A stretch of 64,000 nt of DNA from Candidatus Velesiimonas alkalicola (GCA_013626165.1 NDHX01000002.1:64639-128638), one strand, 5' to 3'. Numbered from the stretch's first letter, positions 19,363-29,932 are shown. The notes: generated from the letters alone by a model not told the origin. A program made the numbers and translations.

Positions 19363-20912
19363 AGTTTAGGCTCAACCATTCCCACAACTCTATTCTGTGA
19401 AAAAAAGTAGTTATTTACTACCCTCTTTATATCTTCTTCGCTCACTTTCTCAACCTTTTCTAATTCTTTAAACATATTCCTCCAGTCGCCTGTCACCGCT
19501 TCATACCAGGCAAGCTCCCTGGCTATCCCTCTTCTGGACTTAAGCCCTCTGATGAACTCGGTCCTCACCCTGGCCTTCGCTCCTTCTAATTCTGTGACAT
19601 TTACAAGTTCCTTCTTTAATCTCTCAATCTCCTCGTAAATTAACCTTTCCACTTCTTGGTTTGTATGGCCCTTTGATGCCATTCCCCACAAATAAAACAT
19701 CCCGGGATATTTTGGAGCCCAGGACCAAGAACCCACATCTATGGCAACCTTTTCTTTTTTTACGAGACGCTCATATAACCGAGAGGTTCTTCCCCCACCC
19801 AAGATCTCTGCAACTATCCTCAGCATTGGTCGGTCGGGATGAGTAGCCTTAAATGTATGATAGCCTATTATTAAAATTGGTTCTGCCTTTATTTCCACGG
19901 TAACTTTTCTTTCAGAAGCCTGAACCGGTTCAACTGTTATTACTGAAGGTGGTCTGTCTTTAACCGGAAATCTTCCAAAGTACTTCTCCATCTTGGGGAT
20001 AAGTCTTTCTGGCTCTACATCGCCCACAATGGCCACTATTATATTACAAGGGGTATAGTGTTTTTCATAAAAACTCCTTATCTTATCTCGTGTCATATTT
20101 TCAAGATCGCTCATGTGCCCAATTATAGGATTCCCGTAGGGATGTGCTTTATAAGCAATTGCCCTGAATTCCTCCCAGAGCCTTCCCCACGGTGAGTTGT
20201 CAACGAGCATCCTTCTCTCTTCTTTGACAACTTTCAATTCTTGATAAAACCCACGCGCTACTGAATTCAGTAACCGGTCAGACTCCAAGAGCGCCCACAA
20301 CTGGACCTTATTAGAAGGAAGCTCAACCCAGTAACAGGTAAAATCATAACTGATATAGGCACCAGGGCCAATTGCTCCAGCTCGCTCGAGAATCTGACCA
20401 AACTCATTAGTTCTGGTAAACCTATCTGCAGCAAGTCTAGCTTCTTCAAACTCTTCCTCAAGCCTCTGTGTATTTTCTCCTTCTGCTTTAGCCATTAACA
20501 ATTTTTTGTGAATACGGTCAAGTTTGGCCAAAGCCTTTTTCTCATCTTTCCAATTTTTGGTTCCAATAACCTGGGTTCCATTAAAGGCTAAATGCTCCAG
20601 TAGATGGGCTATCCCTGTCTCCCCTACTCTTTCATTTACCGCGCCAACATCCACATGCACTTGAAAGGAAACAACCGGAGCAGAATGGTCGGACAGAATT
20701 ATAAGTCGTATGCCATTTTTGAGCGTATGCTCGGTAACCCTTTCCTGGTAATCTTTATAAGCCAAGCAATGGTCTGCAAGAGCTATAAATATTATGAAAA
20801 CTACACAGATAAACCCTGTTAGAAATCTTTCGGCCTTAGCCATAACTTGTTTATTATAAGCAACAGGTTTCAATAATAATCCCATCATCTTCTCAGCCAC
20901 CAGAATCCCCAC
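19359..20912 (-). CDS. M16-family zinc peptidase (HxxEH, pitrilysin-like), exported
   Basis: HLLEHLAFNGT inverted zinc-binding motif; hydrophobic N-terminal segment; 517 aa. Confidence 0.8.
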   Translation of the reverse strand: MGILVAEKMMGLLLKPVAYNKQVMAKAERFLTGFICVVFIIFIALADHCLAYKDYQERVTEHTLKNGIRLIILSDHSAPVVSFQVHVDVGAVNERVGETGIAHLLEHLAFNGTQVIGTKNWKDEKKALAKLDRIHKKLLMAKAEGENTQRLEEEFEEARLAADRFTRTNEFGQILERAGAIGPGAYISYDFTCYWVELPSNKVQLWALLESDRLLNSVARGFYQELKVVKEERRMLVDNSPWGRLWEEFRAIAYKAHPYGNPIIGHMSDLENMTRDKIRSFYEKHYTPCNIIVAIVGDVEPERLIPKMEKYFGRFPVKDRPPSVITVEPVQASERKVTVEIKAEPILIIGYHTFKATHPDRPMLRIVAEILGGGRTSRLYERLVKKEKVAIDVGSWSWAPKYPGMFYLWGMASKGHTNQEVERLIYEEIERLKKELVNVTELEGAKARVRTEFIRGLKSRRGIARELAWYEAVTGDWRNMFKELEKVEKVSEEDIKRVVNNYFFSQNRVVGMVEPKL

Positions 20913-22018
20913 CCAGTATCAAGATTTGTAAGCCCCAGTTCTTTTGCACGGTCAACAACTTTTTTATATTCCTCATCGGTTATCCTCCTGGATATTTGCG
21001 GATAATCAAATGCTTTATATCTCGGGTTATACTGCGCCATAATATTGATATATGTGTCTTTTGGCAGATTTTCCGCTATCCACTCCATAATCTTTTCTGA
21101 ACCAGCAACATTATTTGGCATAACCAGATGGCGAATCATCAGCCCCCTGTACACAAGACCATCTTTTTCTGGTTTTGCCACACCGACCTGGCGGTGCATC
21201 TCAAGGATTGCTTCTTTTGTCACCTCCGGATAACTCTTTGCTCCGGCTGAATATTTTGCTGACATTTCACTATCCCAGTATTTGAAATCAGGCAGGTAAA
21301 TATCAACAATACCATCAAGAATCTTGATTATCTCAAGCGGTTCCCAGCCAGAAGTGTTGTATATAATTGGCAGCCGAAGTCCCCTGCTTGCGGCTATATC
21401 AAGTGCTTTAAGAATATGCGCAGAGTAATGTGTTGGGGTTACAAGATTTATATTATGAGCGCCCCTTTTTTGCAGTTGAAGCATCATATCAGCCAATTCC
21501 TCAATACTTTTTGCAAAGCCCCTGCCAAGATGACTTATTTCATAGTTCTGGCAAAATACACATCTTAAATTGCAATGGGTAAAAAAGATCGTCCCTGAAC
21601 CACCTCTGCCAACAAGTGGCCTTTCCTCGCCAAAATGCGCATGAAAGGATGAAACAAAAAGCCTTGTACCCGGGGCACGACAGAATCCGGTCCCACCCCT
21701 GAGACGATTGATGCCACATCTTCTCGGACAGAGTGAACATTTTTCCATCATTGCCCACAATTTTTCCGCCCGTTTTTTTAATTCACCTGATCTGTGAAGT
21801 TTTAAGTAAACAGGTTCAAAATCAGTGTCTATAGCAGCAAATTTTTTAACCACATTCCCCCCATCTTTCCCTTGGAAAGTTTGCCTGCCAAGGGCTTCTT
21901 GGCTGCCCATCTCCCTGTATCCGATATACAACGCTACAAAAACAACAACAATAAGCCCTAATACCATCTTTAAAAACAATTTATCTTTCATATTAAATCT
22001 CCCGAGTCGTTTATTCAT
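20885..22018 (-). CDS. PflX-like radical SAM protein (COG1313, PFL-activase homologue)
   Basis: CSLCPRRCGINR..GFC N-terminal Cys motif followed by CNLRCVFCQNYEISH radical SAM motif; N-terminal hydrophobic stretch may be spurious or an anchor. Confidence 0.7.
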   Translation of the reverse strand: MNKRLGRFNMKDKLFLKMVLGLIVVVFVALYIGYREMGSQEALGRQTFQGKDGGNVVKKFAAIDTDFEPVYLKLHRSGELKKRAEKLWAMMEKCSLCPRRCGINRLRGGTGFCRAPGTRLFVSSFHAHFGEERPLVGRGGSGTIFFTHCNLRCVFCQNYEISHLGRGFAKSIEELADMMLQLQKRGAHNINLVTPTHYSAHILKALDIAASRGLRLPIIYNTSGWEPLEIIKILDGIVDIYLPDFKYWDSEMSAKYSAGAKSYPEVTKEAILEMHRQVGVAKPEKDGLVYRGLMIRHLVMPNNVAGSEKIMEWIAENLPKDTYINIMAQYNPRYKAFDYPQISRRITDEEYKKVVDRAKELGLTNLDTGWGFWWLRR

Positions 22019-22059
22019 AATGTCAAAATCTTACCACTGAAGACACTGATGACACTGAA

Positions 22060-22461
22060 TTACAAAATTACTCTCTTTATGTCAATTTTTGTTTTAGCAA
22101 AATTTATTAAAAGCCCAATTCTCTTTTTGGCTGCCTTCAAATAAGACAAAATCTGGGCTTGATGAATGACATCAAATTCTTTAACTGTTTTATTTTCAAC
22201 GATTATCTCTCCTTCAACAAGAAGATCCAAACGGTGTTCACCGATGATATTCCCTTTATAAACCACTGATATTATTTTTTGCTTTTCAATTTTTAATCCC
22301 TGGTGTTCCAATTCATAAATCATCGCATTTTCATAAATACTTTCCAAAAATCCATTGCCAAGGGTCCTGTGAACCTCAATGGCGCATTTGATAATCTTAT
22401 CAGTTATCTCAGAAAAAGGATAATTATTTTCAGTGAATTCAGTGTTTTCAGTGGTTTTCAT
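22060..22461 (-). CDS. GxxExxY family protein
   Basis: GFLESIY motif in a 133-aa protein. Confidence 0.55.
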   Translation of the reverse strand: MKTTENTEFTENNYPFSEITDKIIKCAIEVHRTLGNGFLESIYENAMIYELEHQGLKIEKQKIISVVYKGNIIGEHRLDLLVEGEIIVENKTVKEFDVIHQAQILSYLKAAKKRIGLLINFAKTKIDIKRVIL

Positions 22462-22509
22462 TTATTTTTTGACAGTACCCTATTCTCTACTCCTTATAAG
22501 GTTCCGTGG

Positions 22510-23673
22510 TTAACAATATTCCATTGTAACCCGTTTCCCCTTCTCTCTTAATAATGATGCAATAGATTCAACAATCTTTCGTTTAATGACTAATTCAGAT
22601 GGCATATTGGGGTTTTGATGGGCAGGATTTATTGTCTGCCCAACAACGAAGTTGATGCTGTCTGCAGAAAGCAAGACCTTTGCCAGCCGTGAAGCACCAT
22701 CTCTCCTGTCCACCAGCTCATCACTAACAACCCCTCCCTTAATCTGTTCTAATGCACCAGAGAGAGTTAAAATGCCTTCAGTAACGAGATCTATCCCTTT
22801 AAGGATACCAGTAGGCGGTATCCCATTGCACATTGAGGATATATCTACGATTAGCTCCTCTTTCAATATTCTGGCAACGATATTGGTTGTAGAACCACCA
22901 CACACCACTTTTATACCATCAAAATTAACCAGTTCATTAACCACATTTTCATCATCTTTTACATCAAGCGGTGGACCGATCATCGCGATGAGTCGCTGGA
23001 ATAGACGAGAATTAATCACTACACAAGTGGCGTCATCCCCGGGCATCTCCTCATAAAAACTATTTGCTGTATCAAGAAGTGACCTGGTTAAGGAAGAAGC
23101 TGATGGTAAAGACCCTGCTTTCTCCTCTAAAAACTTCCCTACTCTCTCCCTTTGCCACCCCATACTCCATACCTTTCCCAGGCCAGCATGAACAATACCA
23201 TCACTTACTATTACCAGATAATCATTCCTATCCATAGGAAAATAAGATTCTGATATTTTTATCCCTCCTACTGGATACTCATTTCCTGAAATAGTGTTAA
23301 GTCTACCCTGATGGATAAAAAAAGGCTCTGGATTGCCATATTCAAACGCAACTACCTCTCCCCTGGAAGATATCCGTAGGATGGTAAATGTTGAATAAGC
23401 CAATTTTCGCACCTGACAGACGGGTAGGGTTTCAGCAAGGGTTTCTACCACTTCCTTCAAGTTAACCCCTTTTTCTAACATAGTTGCAATAATCCTGGTA
23501 GTCAGCGTTGCCAGAATTGATGCCTTGATGCCGCTACCCAATCCATCAGACATAACCACAATTGTTGAACCATCATCTACTCTTTTTACCATTACATTAT
23601 CGCCACAGACCTCTTCATTGTGTTTGGTTAGAGAACCATGAGATACCTCCACAAAAATCTCCCGGGGGTTCAT
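22510..23673 (-). CDS. PP2C/SpoIIE-type protein phosphatase (hydrogenase-associated)
   Basis: N-terminal PP2C-like block VCGDNVMV...VVMSDGLGSGIKAS; 4-nt overlap with hydS. Confidence 0.65.
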   Translation of the reverse strand: MNPREIFVEVSHGSLTKHNEEVCGDNVMVKRVDDGSTIVVMSDGLGSGIKASILATLTTRIIATMLEKGVNLKEVVETLAETLPVCQVRKLAYSTFTILRISSRGEVVAFEYGNPEPFFIHQGRLNTISGNEYPVGGIKISESYFPMDRNDYLVIVSDGIVHAGLGKVWSMGWQRERVGKFLEEKAGSLPSASSLTRSLLDTANSFYEEMPGDDATCVVINSRLFQRLIAMIGPPLDVKDDENVVNELVNFDGIKVVCGGSTTNIVARILKEELIVDISSMCNGIPPTGILKGIDLVTEGILTLSGALEQIKGGVVSDELVDRRDGASRLAKVLLSADSINFVVGQTINPAHQNPNMPSELVIKRKIVESIASLLREKGKRVTMEYC

Positions 23674-25361
23674 TTTCCCTCCATCAACTTTAACAGTTCA
23701 AGAAGAGATGCCTTGGTCTCAGCCGTGGTTTCCCCCAGGAGACCAGCGATCTCCTGAGCAACCCGCATCTGCTTGTTAATAACAGTATGAGCCCTGGAAA
23801 AACTTTCCTTGCGCCTCTCTTCTTCTTTAATATGTCTTTGCTGCTTGGTAATATCAATAAAAATACCTACGGCTATATTATGCTTAGGCACAAAGAGTAT
23901 CGTCTGTTGAAATATAAGCTCATACCCTGGATAGGAAACCTCACCGGAGATAACATTCTGCTCAGAGAAGGCTTTCCTGAAATAATTGTCATCAATTATC
24001 GTATTGAGTTTATTTCCAATCAACTTTCTCTTTTGACAGGAAAAGAGTTCTCTGGCTGCCGCGTTTATATCAAGGATGGTCATATCTTCTGCTACGACAA
24101 TCACTCCACTGGGTATTGATTCAGTAATTATCTCGCTCATAGACTCTGCTTTTGTCCGCATATAGGGGATACACATCTCTATCTCAGCCATACCCTGATA
24201 TACTGCAACCGCCTTTTCACGACAGGAATCATATCCGCAAGCACCACAGTTGGTTTCATCCTCAGGGGTAAATTTACCAATACTGGAAAGCAGTCCTCCA
24301 ATATCCTCATCCGTAGGAATGAGAGGAGTTATTCTGCGGTCAGCGTAGCTCCTGCTCAAATCTACTTCCTTAAACTTCTTGATCGGTATAGAGATACCCT
24401 CATTATCTTTTGAAAAACCGAGTATCTTCTGTCTGCGAGCAAGAAGAGAATATTCGGTTTTTATCCCGGGCCCATTGATACAACCCTCTGGACAGGCAAG
24501 CATCTCAATGATATTTACCTTTTGCGGAATATTCTTGCCAAAATCTTTTAGAAATTCTTTGCACTCCTCTACCCCTGAGATAACAAGCACCTCTCGCGAT
24601 AACATATCAGGATTTATGGAAGCTGTTTTTAATAGTCCTCCTTCCAGGGGAAAAAGTCTTGCCCATTTGGGACTTTCATTGGCAAATTCTTCCTCTGCCA
24701 AAGACCCAATATTGATATGTTCTTCTTCAAACCATTCTTTTAATTCCACAAAGGTTAGAACCCCATCAATTGCTCCGGGCACATCAACCATCTCTTTCTT
24801 TTTGGCGATACAGGGTCCAATAAATACAACTCGCATATCTTCGGTATGATCTGCCTTAAGCATTCTTCCATGGGCAATCATTGGTGAGACAACCCTGGCA
24901 AGATGAGGAATCAGTTCAGGATAATATATCTCTACCAGACCGACAATTGCCGGGCAAGAGCTTGTTAGAACAGGTTTTGGAAGAGTCTCAAGCATCTTAA
25001 TATGTTCTGTGGCAACCATCTCTGCTGCCCAGGCAGTCTCCTCTACCTCGGCAAAACCTAATTTATGCAGTGCAGAAACCATCTGCCCGGGATGCTTGAG
25101 ATCAAACAGTCCGGCAAAAGACGGGGCAAGACTGACTATGACTTTGAACTTAGAGGCAAGAAGTTCCTTTATCCTATTCAGACCATCCTCTATCTCCTTG
25201 GCATTATGGGGACAAACTGCCACACATTTGCCATCAAGGATGCACCGTTCTTCAACCACCTCGGCATGCTGTTTTTTAATTCTAATTGCCTTCAATGGAC
25301 AGCTTCTCACACACTTATAGCAATTCTCACAGTCTACTTTTTTTATGTTAATTATATTCAT
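23670..25361 (-). CDS. hydS: sensory [FeFe]-hydrogenase-like protein with C-terminal PAS domain (HydS type)
   Basis: Two N-terminal 4Fe-4S ferredoxin motifs; H-cluster motifs TSSCPA (variant L1), GPCIAKKKE (L2), EMLACPEGCINGPG (L3); extra Cys cluster CGACGYDSC; PAS-like GVIVVAEDMTILDINAAARELF. Confidence 0.75.
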   Translation of the reverse strand: MNIINIKKVDCENCYKCVRSCPLKAIRIKKQHAEVVEERCILDGKCVAVCPHNAKEIEDGLNRIKELLASKFKVIVSLAPSFAGLFDLKHPGQMVSALHKLGFAEVEETAWAAEMVATEHIKMLETLPKPVLTSSCPAIVGLVEIYYPELIPHLARVVSPMIAHGRMLKADHTEDMRVVFIGPCIAKKKEMVDVPGAIDGVLTFVELKEWFEEEHINIGSLAEEEFANESPKWARLFPLEGGLLKTASINPDMLSREVLVISGVEECKEFLKDFGKNIPQKVNIIEMLACPEGCINGPGIKTEYSLLARRQKILGFSKDNEGISIPIKKFKEVDLSRSYADRRITPLIPTDEDIGGLLSSIGKFTPEDETNCGACGYDSCREKAVAVYQGMAEIEMCIPYMRTKAESMSEIITESIPSGVIVVAEDMTILDINAAARELFSCQKRKLIGNKLNTIIDDNYFRKAFSEQNVISGEVSYPGYELIFQQTILFVPKHNIAVGIFIDITKQQRHIKEEERRKESFSRAHTVINKQMRVAQEIAGLLGETTAETKASLLELLKLMEGK

Positions 25362-25362
25362 A

Positions 25363-25617
25363 TTATTCCAATCTCCTCAAAACCTTATCCCTAAAGATCT
25401 GCTCACAGTTTTCTCTGGTTACCTCAGTAATAATCTCTTCCTCAATCATTACTGCAACCCCAGAAGAACAATTTTTCAGACAGAAAGCACCTTTTAGCTG
25501 GACTCTATCTTCCAAAGAAGATTCTTTTATCAGGAGAGAATATTTATCTGCAATTTCACCGCCACCCTTAAGATAGCACGAACTCCCTACACAGATATGC
25601 ACCGTGACCATTTTCAT
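25363..25617 (-). CDS. small thioredoxin-like [2Fe-2S] ferredoxin (NuoE/HydC-like)
   Basis: 84 aa; Cys spacing CVGSSCY...CLKNC. Confidence 0.6.
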   Translation of the reverse strand: MKMVTVHICVGSSCYLKGGGEIADKYSLLIKESSLEDRVQLKGAFCLKNCSSGVAVMIEEEIITEVTRENCEQIFRDKVLRRLE

Positions 25618-25623
25618 CCCTGT

Positions 25624-27426
25624 CTATGCCTCCAGTTCTATGGCATCAAAAGGACAATCAGAAAGACAGAGACCACATCTGGTACAGAGACTATCATCTA
25701 TTACATGAACTTTCCGAGCCTCTCCTGAAATAGCTCCTGTAGGACACGATTTAAGACAACGGGTGCATCCCTTGCATTTTTCTGCTAAAATATAGTAGTG
25801 TTTTAAGGCTGGGCATCTCCCTACAGGACATCTTTTCTCTTCTACATGAGCGATATACTCATCCCGAAAATACTTTAATGTTGTTAAGACGGGATTGGGC
25901 ACTGATTGTCCCAATCCACAGAGTGAACTGTCCCTGATGACAAGAGCAAGTTCCTCCAGCAGTTCAAGATCATCACGGCTGGCTTCACCTTGAACAATCT
26001 TTTTTAAGATGCGGAACATCTGTTTACTACCCTCTCTACAGGGCAGGCATTTCCCACAGGATTCATTCTTGGTGAATTGCAGAAAATACATGGCTACATC
26101 AACCATGCAATCCTCTTCATTCAGAATCACCATTCCCCCTGACCCCATCATTGCCCCGACATTTTTCAGGGAATCAAAATCAACCGGAAGATGAAGCAGG
26201 TCAAAAGGCAAACAGCCACCAGATGGCCCACCAATCTGAACCGCCTTGAAGTTTTTACCATCAGGAATTCCTCCACCAATATCATAGATAATCTCTCTCA
26301 GGGTTATACCCATTGGCACCTCTATCAATCCGCAGTTTGTAATGTTTCCTGTCAGGGAAAAGACTGCTGTTCCAGGGCTTTCGGTGGTGCCCATTCTTCT
26401 AAACCATTCGCTCCCATTGATGATAATTCGCGGAATGGTGGCAAAGGTCTTCACATTATTGAGTAAGGTAGGTTTTCCCCATAGCCCTTCCTCAGTAGTG
26501 CGGGGACGGGGGAGAGGCTTCGGCATCCCTCTTTTGCCTTCAATAGAGAGAACTAGGGCCGTAGACTCACCGCAAATAAAAGCCCCGGGCCCCTGGAAAA
26601 TCTCTATGTCAAAATCGAATCCGCTCCCTAAAACATTTTTGCCGAGGAATCCCTTCTCTCTTGCCTGAGCAGTAGCAATCTTTAACCGTTTCACGGCTAA
26701 GGGATACTCGGCTCTAACATAGATGTATCCCTTTTTAGCGCCTACGGCATAACCGGCAATAGCCATTCCTTCAATCACTGATTGTGGATCTCCCTCTAAA
26801 ACTGAGCGATCCATAAATGCCCCGGGATCACCTTCATCGGCATTACAGATCACATATTTAATCTCATCCTGAACTTTCTGACATGACTCCCATTTTCTTC
26901 CTGTAGGAAACCCACCGCCACCACGCCCTCTGAGTCCAGAGCAATTCACCATATCAATAACTTTTAGTGGTGTAAGAGAAGATAAGGCTTTTTTCAGACC
27001 ATTGTAACCATCTTTACTCAAATAGTCATCTATCTGTTCTGGATTTATCTGTCCACAATTTGAGAGGACAACACGTCGCTGATGTTTATAGAAGGGAATA
27101 TCTTGATAACGGGGTATATGTTTCTGGGTTTGGGAACAGAGATAGCACAATCGTTCCACTATTATCCCCTTCTTTATGTGCGAATCCACAATTTCGGGGA
27201 CATCTTCGGTCTTAACTCTTCCGTAAAAGGTGTCCCCAGGTCTTATTATCACAACCGGGCCGAGCTGACACAGTCCATGACAGCCGGTGAAATCAACGGT
27301 TACCCTGTCGAGATTCAGGACCGATAGCTCTCTCTCAAAGGCCTCCTTGATAATGTGGGAGCCCATTGCTTCGCAACTGGTCCCCTGACAAATATGGATT
27401 GTTTTTTCCATCAGGTTTTTCCGCAA
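25624..27426 (-). CDS. hydB: [FeFe]-hydrogenase NADH-binding subunit HydB (NuoF-like with N-terminal NuoE-like domain)
   Basis: GRGGGGFPTGRKW FMN/NADH motif; N-terminal CQGTSCE..C 2Fe-2S; C-terminal two 4Fe-4S motifs (CKGCTRCLKSCP, CTRCGLCLSDCP); 600 aa. Confidence 0.85.
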   Translation of the reverse strand: MRKNLMEKTIHICQGTSCEAMGSHIIKEAFERELSVLNLDRVTVDFTGCHGLCQLGPVVIIRPGDTFYGRVKTEDVPEIVDSHIKKGIIVERLCYLCSQTQKHIPRYQDIPFYKHQRRVVLSNCGQINPEQIDDYLSKDGYNGLKKALSSLTPLKVIDMVNCSGLRGRGGGGFPTGRKWESCQKVQDEIKYVICNADEGDPGAFMDRSVLEGDPQSVIEGMAIAGYAVGAKKGYIYVRAEYPLAVKRLKIATAQAREKGFLGKNVLGSGFDFDIEIFQGPGAFICGESTALVLSIEGKRGMPKPLPRPRTTEEGLWGKPTLLNNVKTFATIPRIIINGSEWFRRMGTTESPGTAVFSLTGNITNCGLIEVPMGITLREIIYDIGGGIPDGKNFKAVQIGGPSGGCLPFDLLHLPVDFDSLKNVGAMMGSGGMVILNEEDCMVDVAMYFLQFTKNESCGKCLPCREGSKQMFRILKKIVQGEASRDDLELLEELALVIRDSSLCGLGQSVPNPVLTTLKYFRDEYIAHVEEKRCPVGRCPALKHYYILAEKCKGCTRCLKSCPTGAISGEARKVHVIDDSLCTRCGLCLSDCPFDAIELEA

Positions 27427-29930
27427 GATCCAAGAATTGTATCAACAAGTTCTGTCATCTTTTCCGGTGTTAGATGTCCATATACCTTGCCATCGATCAC
27501 CGCAACTGGAGCAAGGGCACAGGCACCCAGACAGCCCACCTTCTCCAATGTGATCAACATATCGTTCGTTGTGGACATATCTTCTGACAGACCGGTTCTC
27601 TTATAGATGACCTCAATGATATCATCAGCATTCTTCACATGACAGGCAGTTCCATCGCATACCCTAATCAGGTGTTTTCCCTTGGGAATCAAGGAAAATT
27701 GGGCATAGAAAGTGGCCAATCCGTAGATTGAAGAGACTGGAATATCAAGACAGTTAGCGATATAAATCATAGTCTCTTTCGGGAGATAACGGTATTCCTC
27801 CTGTGTCTCCTGCAAAATAGGAATGAGGTTAGCCGAACTGTTTTTATATTTGACAATAATTTCGTTTACTCTCTGGAACTTTCTATCCAGAGGAAGGATT
27901 CGCTCTTGACTTACTCTTTCCCCTTTTACTATTGGCACGATAAGATTGCTCACAATATCTTCCACCTTATCAGGGTTGATGTTGGTAATAATATCATTAT
28001 CTACTCTAATTGTTGGTCCTTTATTACACTTTTCCATGCAGAAGGTAGCCTTAACATCAATATGCTCGGTTAGTCCTAAAGATTTTATTTTTTGGGTCAG
28101 CAATTGAATCAGATCGTAAGAGCCTTTGAGATAACAACTTGTTCCAACACACACCTCTATAACTGTCTTCTCCTCTTCTTTACCTTTCCATAATGAAATT
28201 GCCTCAGCAGATATCCGACGTCGGGGTGTATAATGCGTATGAAGGGTTTCAAGACGACATTTTTCAGACCTGAGCCATCTTTCGTATATTGCCCTAACAT
28301 CAGGATTTGATAAGGATGTTCTAACTGTCAGGGACTCATCTATCTTGTAGAGTCCTTCTCCGCGGAGCATCGGCGTCTCAAAGGTATCCTTGGGTATCGG
28401 CTGGCCACCACCACCCACACAACCACCTGGGCAGACTATCACCTCGGCCAGGTGATAATCCACTTTCCCATCACTAATCTCCTTGAACAATCTCTTTGCC
28501 TCTTTTAAGGTATGAACAATGACAATCTTTATCTCCTTTCCGTTTAATCTGATAGAGGTCTCTCTACGAAATTCATTACCACGCACCTCGTTGAAGGCTA
28601 TTTTTTGACGGCGACTGTCTGTCTTCTCATAAAGAGTGCGAAGAATAGCCTCTACCACCCCTCCGGTAACTCCAAAAATAATACCTGCCCCACTAGGATT
28701 TCCAAGTGGGTTATCAAGTTGGGTAGATGGCAATCTTGCCAGATCTATCCCTGCCTGCCTTAACATACTGATAAGTTCCCTGGTTGAAAGAACAACATCC
28801 ACATCTGGAATGCCATTATTTGATAACTCCTGCCTCTCTGACTCACTTCTTTTAGCCGTGCACGGCATTAGAGAGATAACCGCCATATTCTTTGGTGAAA
28901 TATTCTTCTCCCTGCAATAGAATCTTTTGATAATGGAACCCAATATTTGTTGTGGTGACCGCACGGTAGAAAGGTTAGGGATGAGATTAGAAAAATATTG
29001 CTCTATAAATCTAACTCTCACCGGACAACATGAAGTGATTAAGGGTAGATGTTCATTGCTTTTTAGCCGATTAGAGAACTCTTTGGATTCCTCTAATATA
29101 TGTATATCAGCACCAACGCAGGTGTCAAAGACATAATCAAAACCGAGTTGCTTCAGGGCTGTTGATAGCTGTCCAAGCACATTAGTCCCTGATGTAATAC
29201 CGAATACCTCGCCAAGAGAAGTTCTGATAGCCGGGGCGATCTGGGCAACCACAGTTATCTGGGGATTGTGGAGCAAGGACCAGACCTTATCTATATTGGA
29301 TTTTATGGTTAAGGCTGCGGTCGGGCAAACCAGTGTGCATTGTCCACATTCAACGCAATCAACATCGGCAAGACTTTTATTAAATGGTGGCTCTACTCTC
29401 GTCTCGGCGGCGCGGCCTGTAAAACCGATTACGCCGATACTCTGAACCTCCTGGCACATCCGGACACAGTCACCACATAAGATGCACTTGTTGGGATTTC
29501 GGACAATAGAAGCGGCATTTTCAGGCTTTATCTCTCGTTCAGGGGAACTGTCGAACCTAATATTGGTAATTCCAAGGGCATTGGATAGTTCTTGCAATTT
29601 GCAGTTGCCGCTTCTTTCGCAGGTGGTGCAATCACGATCATGATTAGCTAATAGAAGTTCTATGAGCATCCGACGCAACCTGAAGATACGATCAGTATTG
29701 GTCTTGATAATCATCCCATCACGGGGTGGAGTGGCGCAAGCGATTTGAAAACCTTTTCCTTCCACCTCTACGGTGCATATCCGACAGGCCCCATAGACGC
29801 TCAGCGAAGAGTGGTAACAAAAAGTAGGGATAATTATCCCTGCCTTCTTTGCCACCTCTATGATATTCCTTTCGTGTTCAAAAGTGATGGTTTGTCCATT
29901 CATTATCAGCTTCTTTCCTCTATCAGCCAT
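27411..29930 (-). CDS. hydA: [FeFe]-hydrogenase catalytic subunit HydA fused to C-terminal HydC/NuoE-like 2Fe-2S domains
   Basis: N-terminal 2Fe-2S (CRIC); H-cluster motifs TSCCPVR, MPCTAKRSE, EVIVCPGGCVGGGGQP; two C-terminal thioredoxin-like 2Fe-2S domains (CVGTSCY..; CDGTACH..CLGACALAP); 839 aa. Confidence 0.85.
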   Translation of the reverse strand: MADRGKKLIMNGQTITFEHERNIIEVAKKAGIIIPTFCYHSSLSVYGACRICTVEVEGKGFQIACATPPRDGMIIKTNTDRIFRLRRMLIELLLANHDRDCTTCERSGNCKLQELSNALGITNIRFDSSPEREIKPENAASIVRNPNKCILCGDCVRMCQEVQSIGVIGFTGRAAETRVEPPFNKSLADVDCVECGQCTLVCPTAALTIKSNIDKVWSLLHNPQITVVAQIAPAIRTSLGEVFGITSGTNVLGQLSTALKQLGFDYVFDTCVGADIHILEESKEFSNRLKSNEHLPLITSCCPVRVRFIEQYFSNLIPNLSTVRSPQQILGSIIKRFYCREKNISPKNMAVISLMPCTAKRSESERQELSNNGIPDVDVVLSTRELISMLRQAGIDLARLPSTQLDNPLGNPSGAGIIFGVTGGVVEAILRTLYEKTDSRRQKIAFNEVRGNEFRRETSIRLNGKEIKIVIVHTLKEAKRLFKEISDGKVDYHLAEVIVCPGGCVGGGGQPIPKDTFETPMLRGEGLYKIDESLTVRTSLSNPDVRAIYERWLRSEKCRLETLHTHYTPRRRISAEAISLWKGKEEEKTVIEVCVGTSCYLKGSYDLIQLLTQKIKSLGLTEHIDVKATFCMEKCNKGPTIRVDNDIITNINPDKVEDIVSNLIVPIVKGERVSQERILPLDRKFQRVNEIIVKYKNSSANLIPILQETQEEYRYLPKETMIYIANCLDIPVSSIYGLATFYAQFSLIPKGKHLIRVCDGTACHVKNADDIIEVIYKRTGLSEDMSTTNDMLITLEKVGCLGACALAPVAVIDGKVYGHLTPEKMTELVDTILGSCGKT

Positions 29931-29932
29931 TT

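Noticed and set aside
20604-21233. Short ORFs (60-72 aa) on the plus strand within the M16 and PflX-like genes as candidate precursor peptides
   Set aside because: They are antisense to strongly supported genes and lack an upstream SD or a leader/core-like composition. There is no support beyond six-frame noise.
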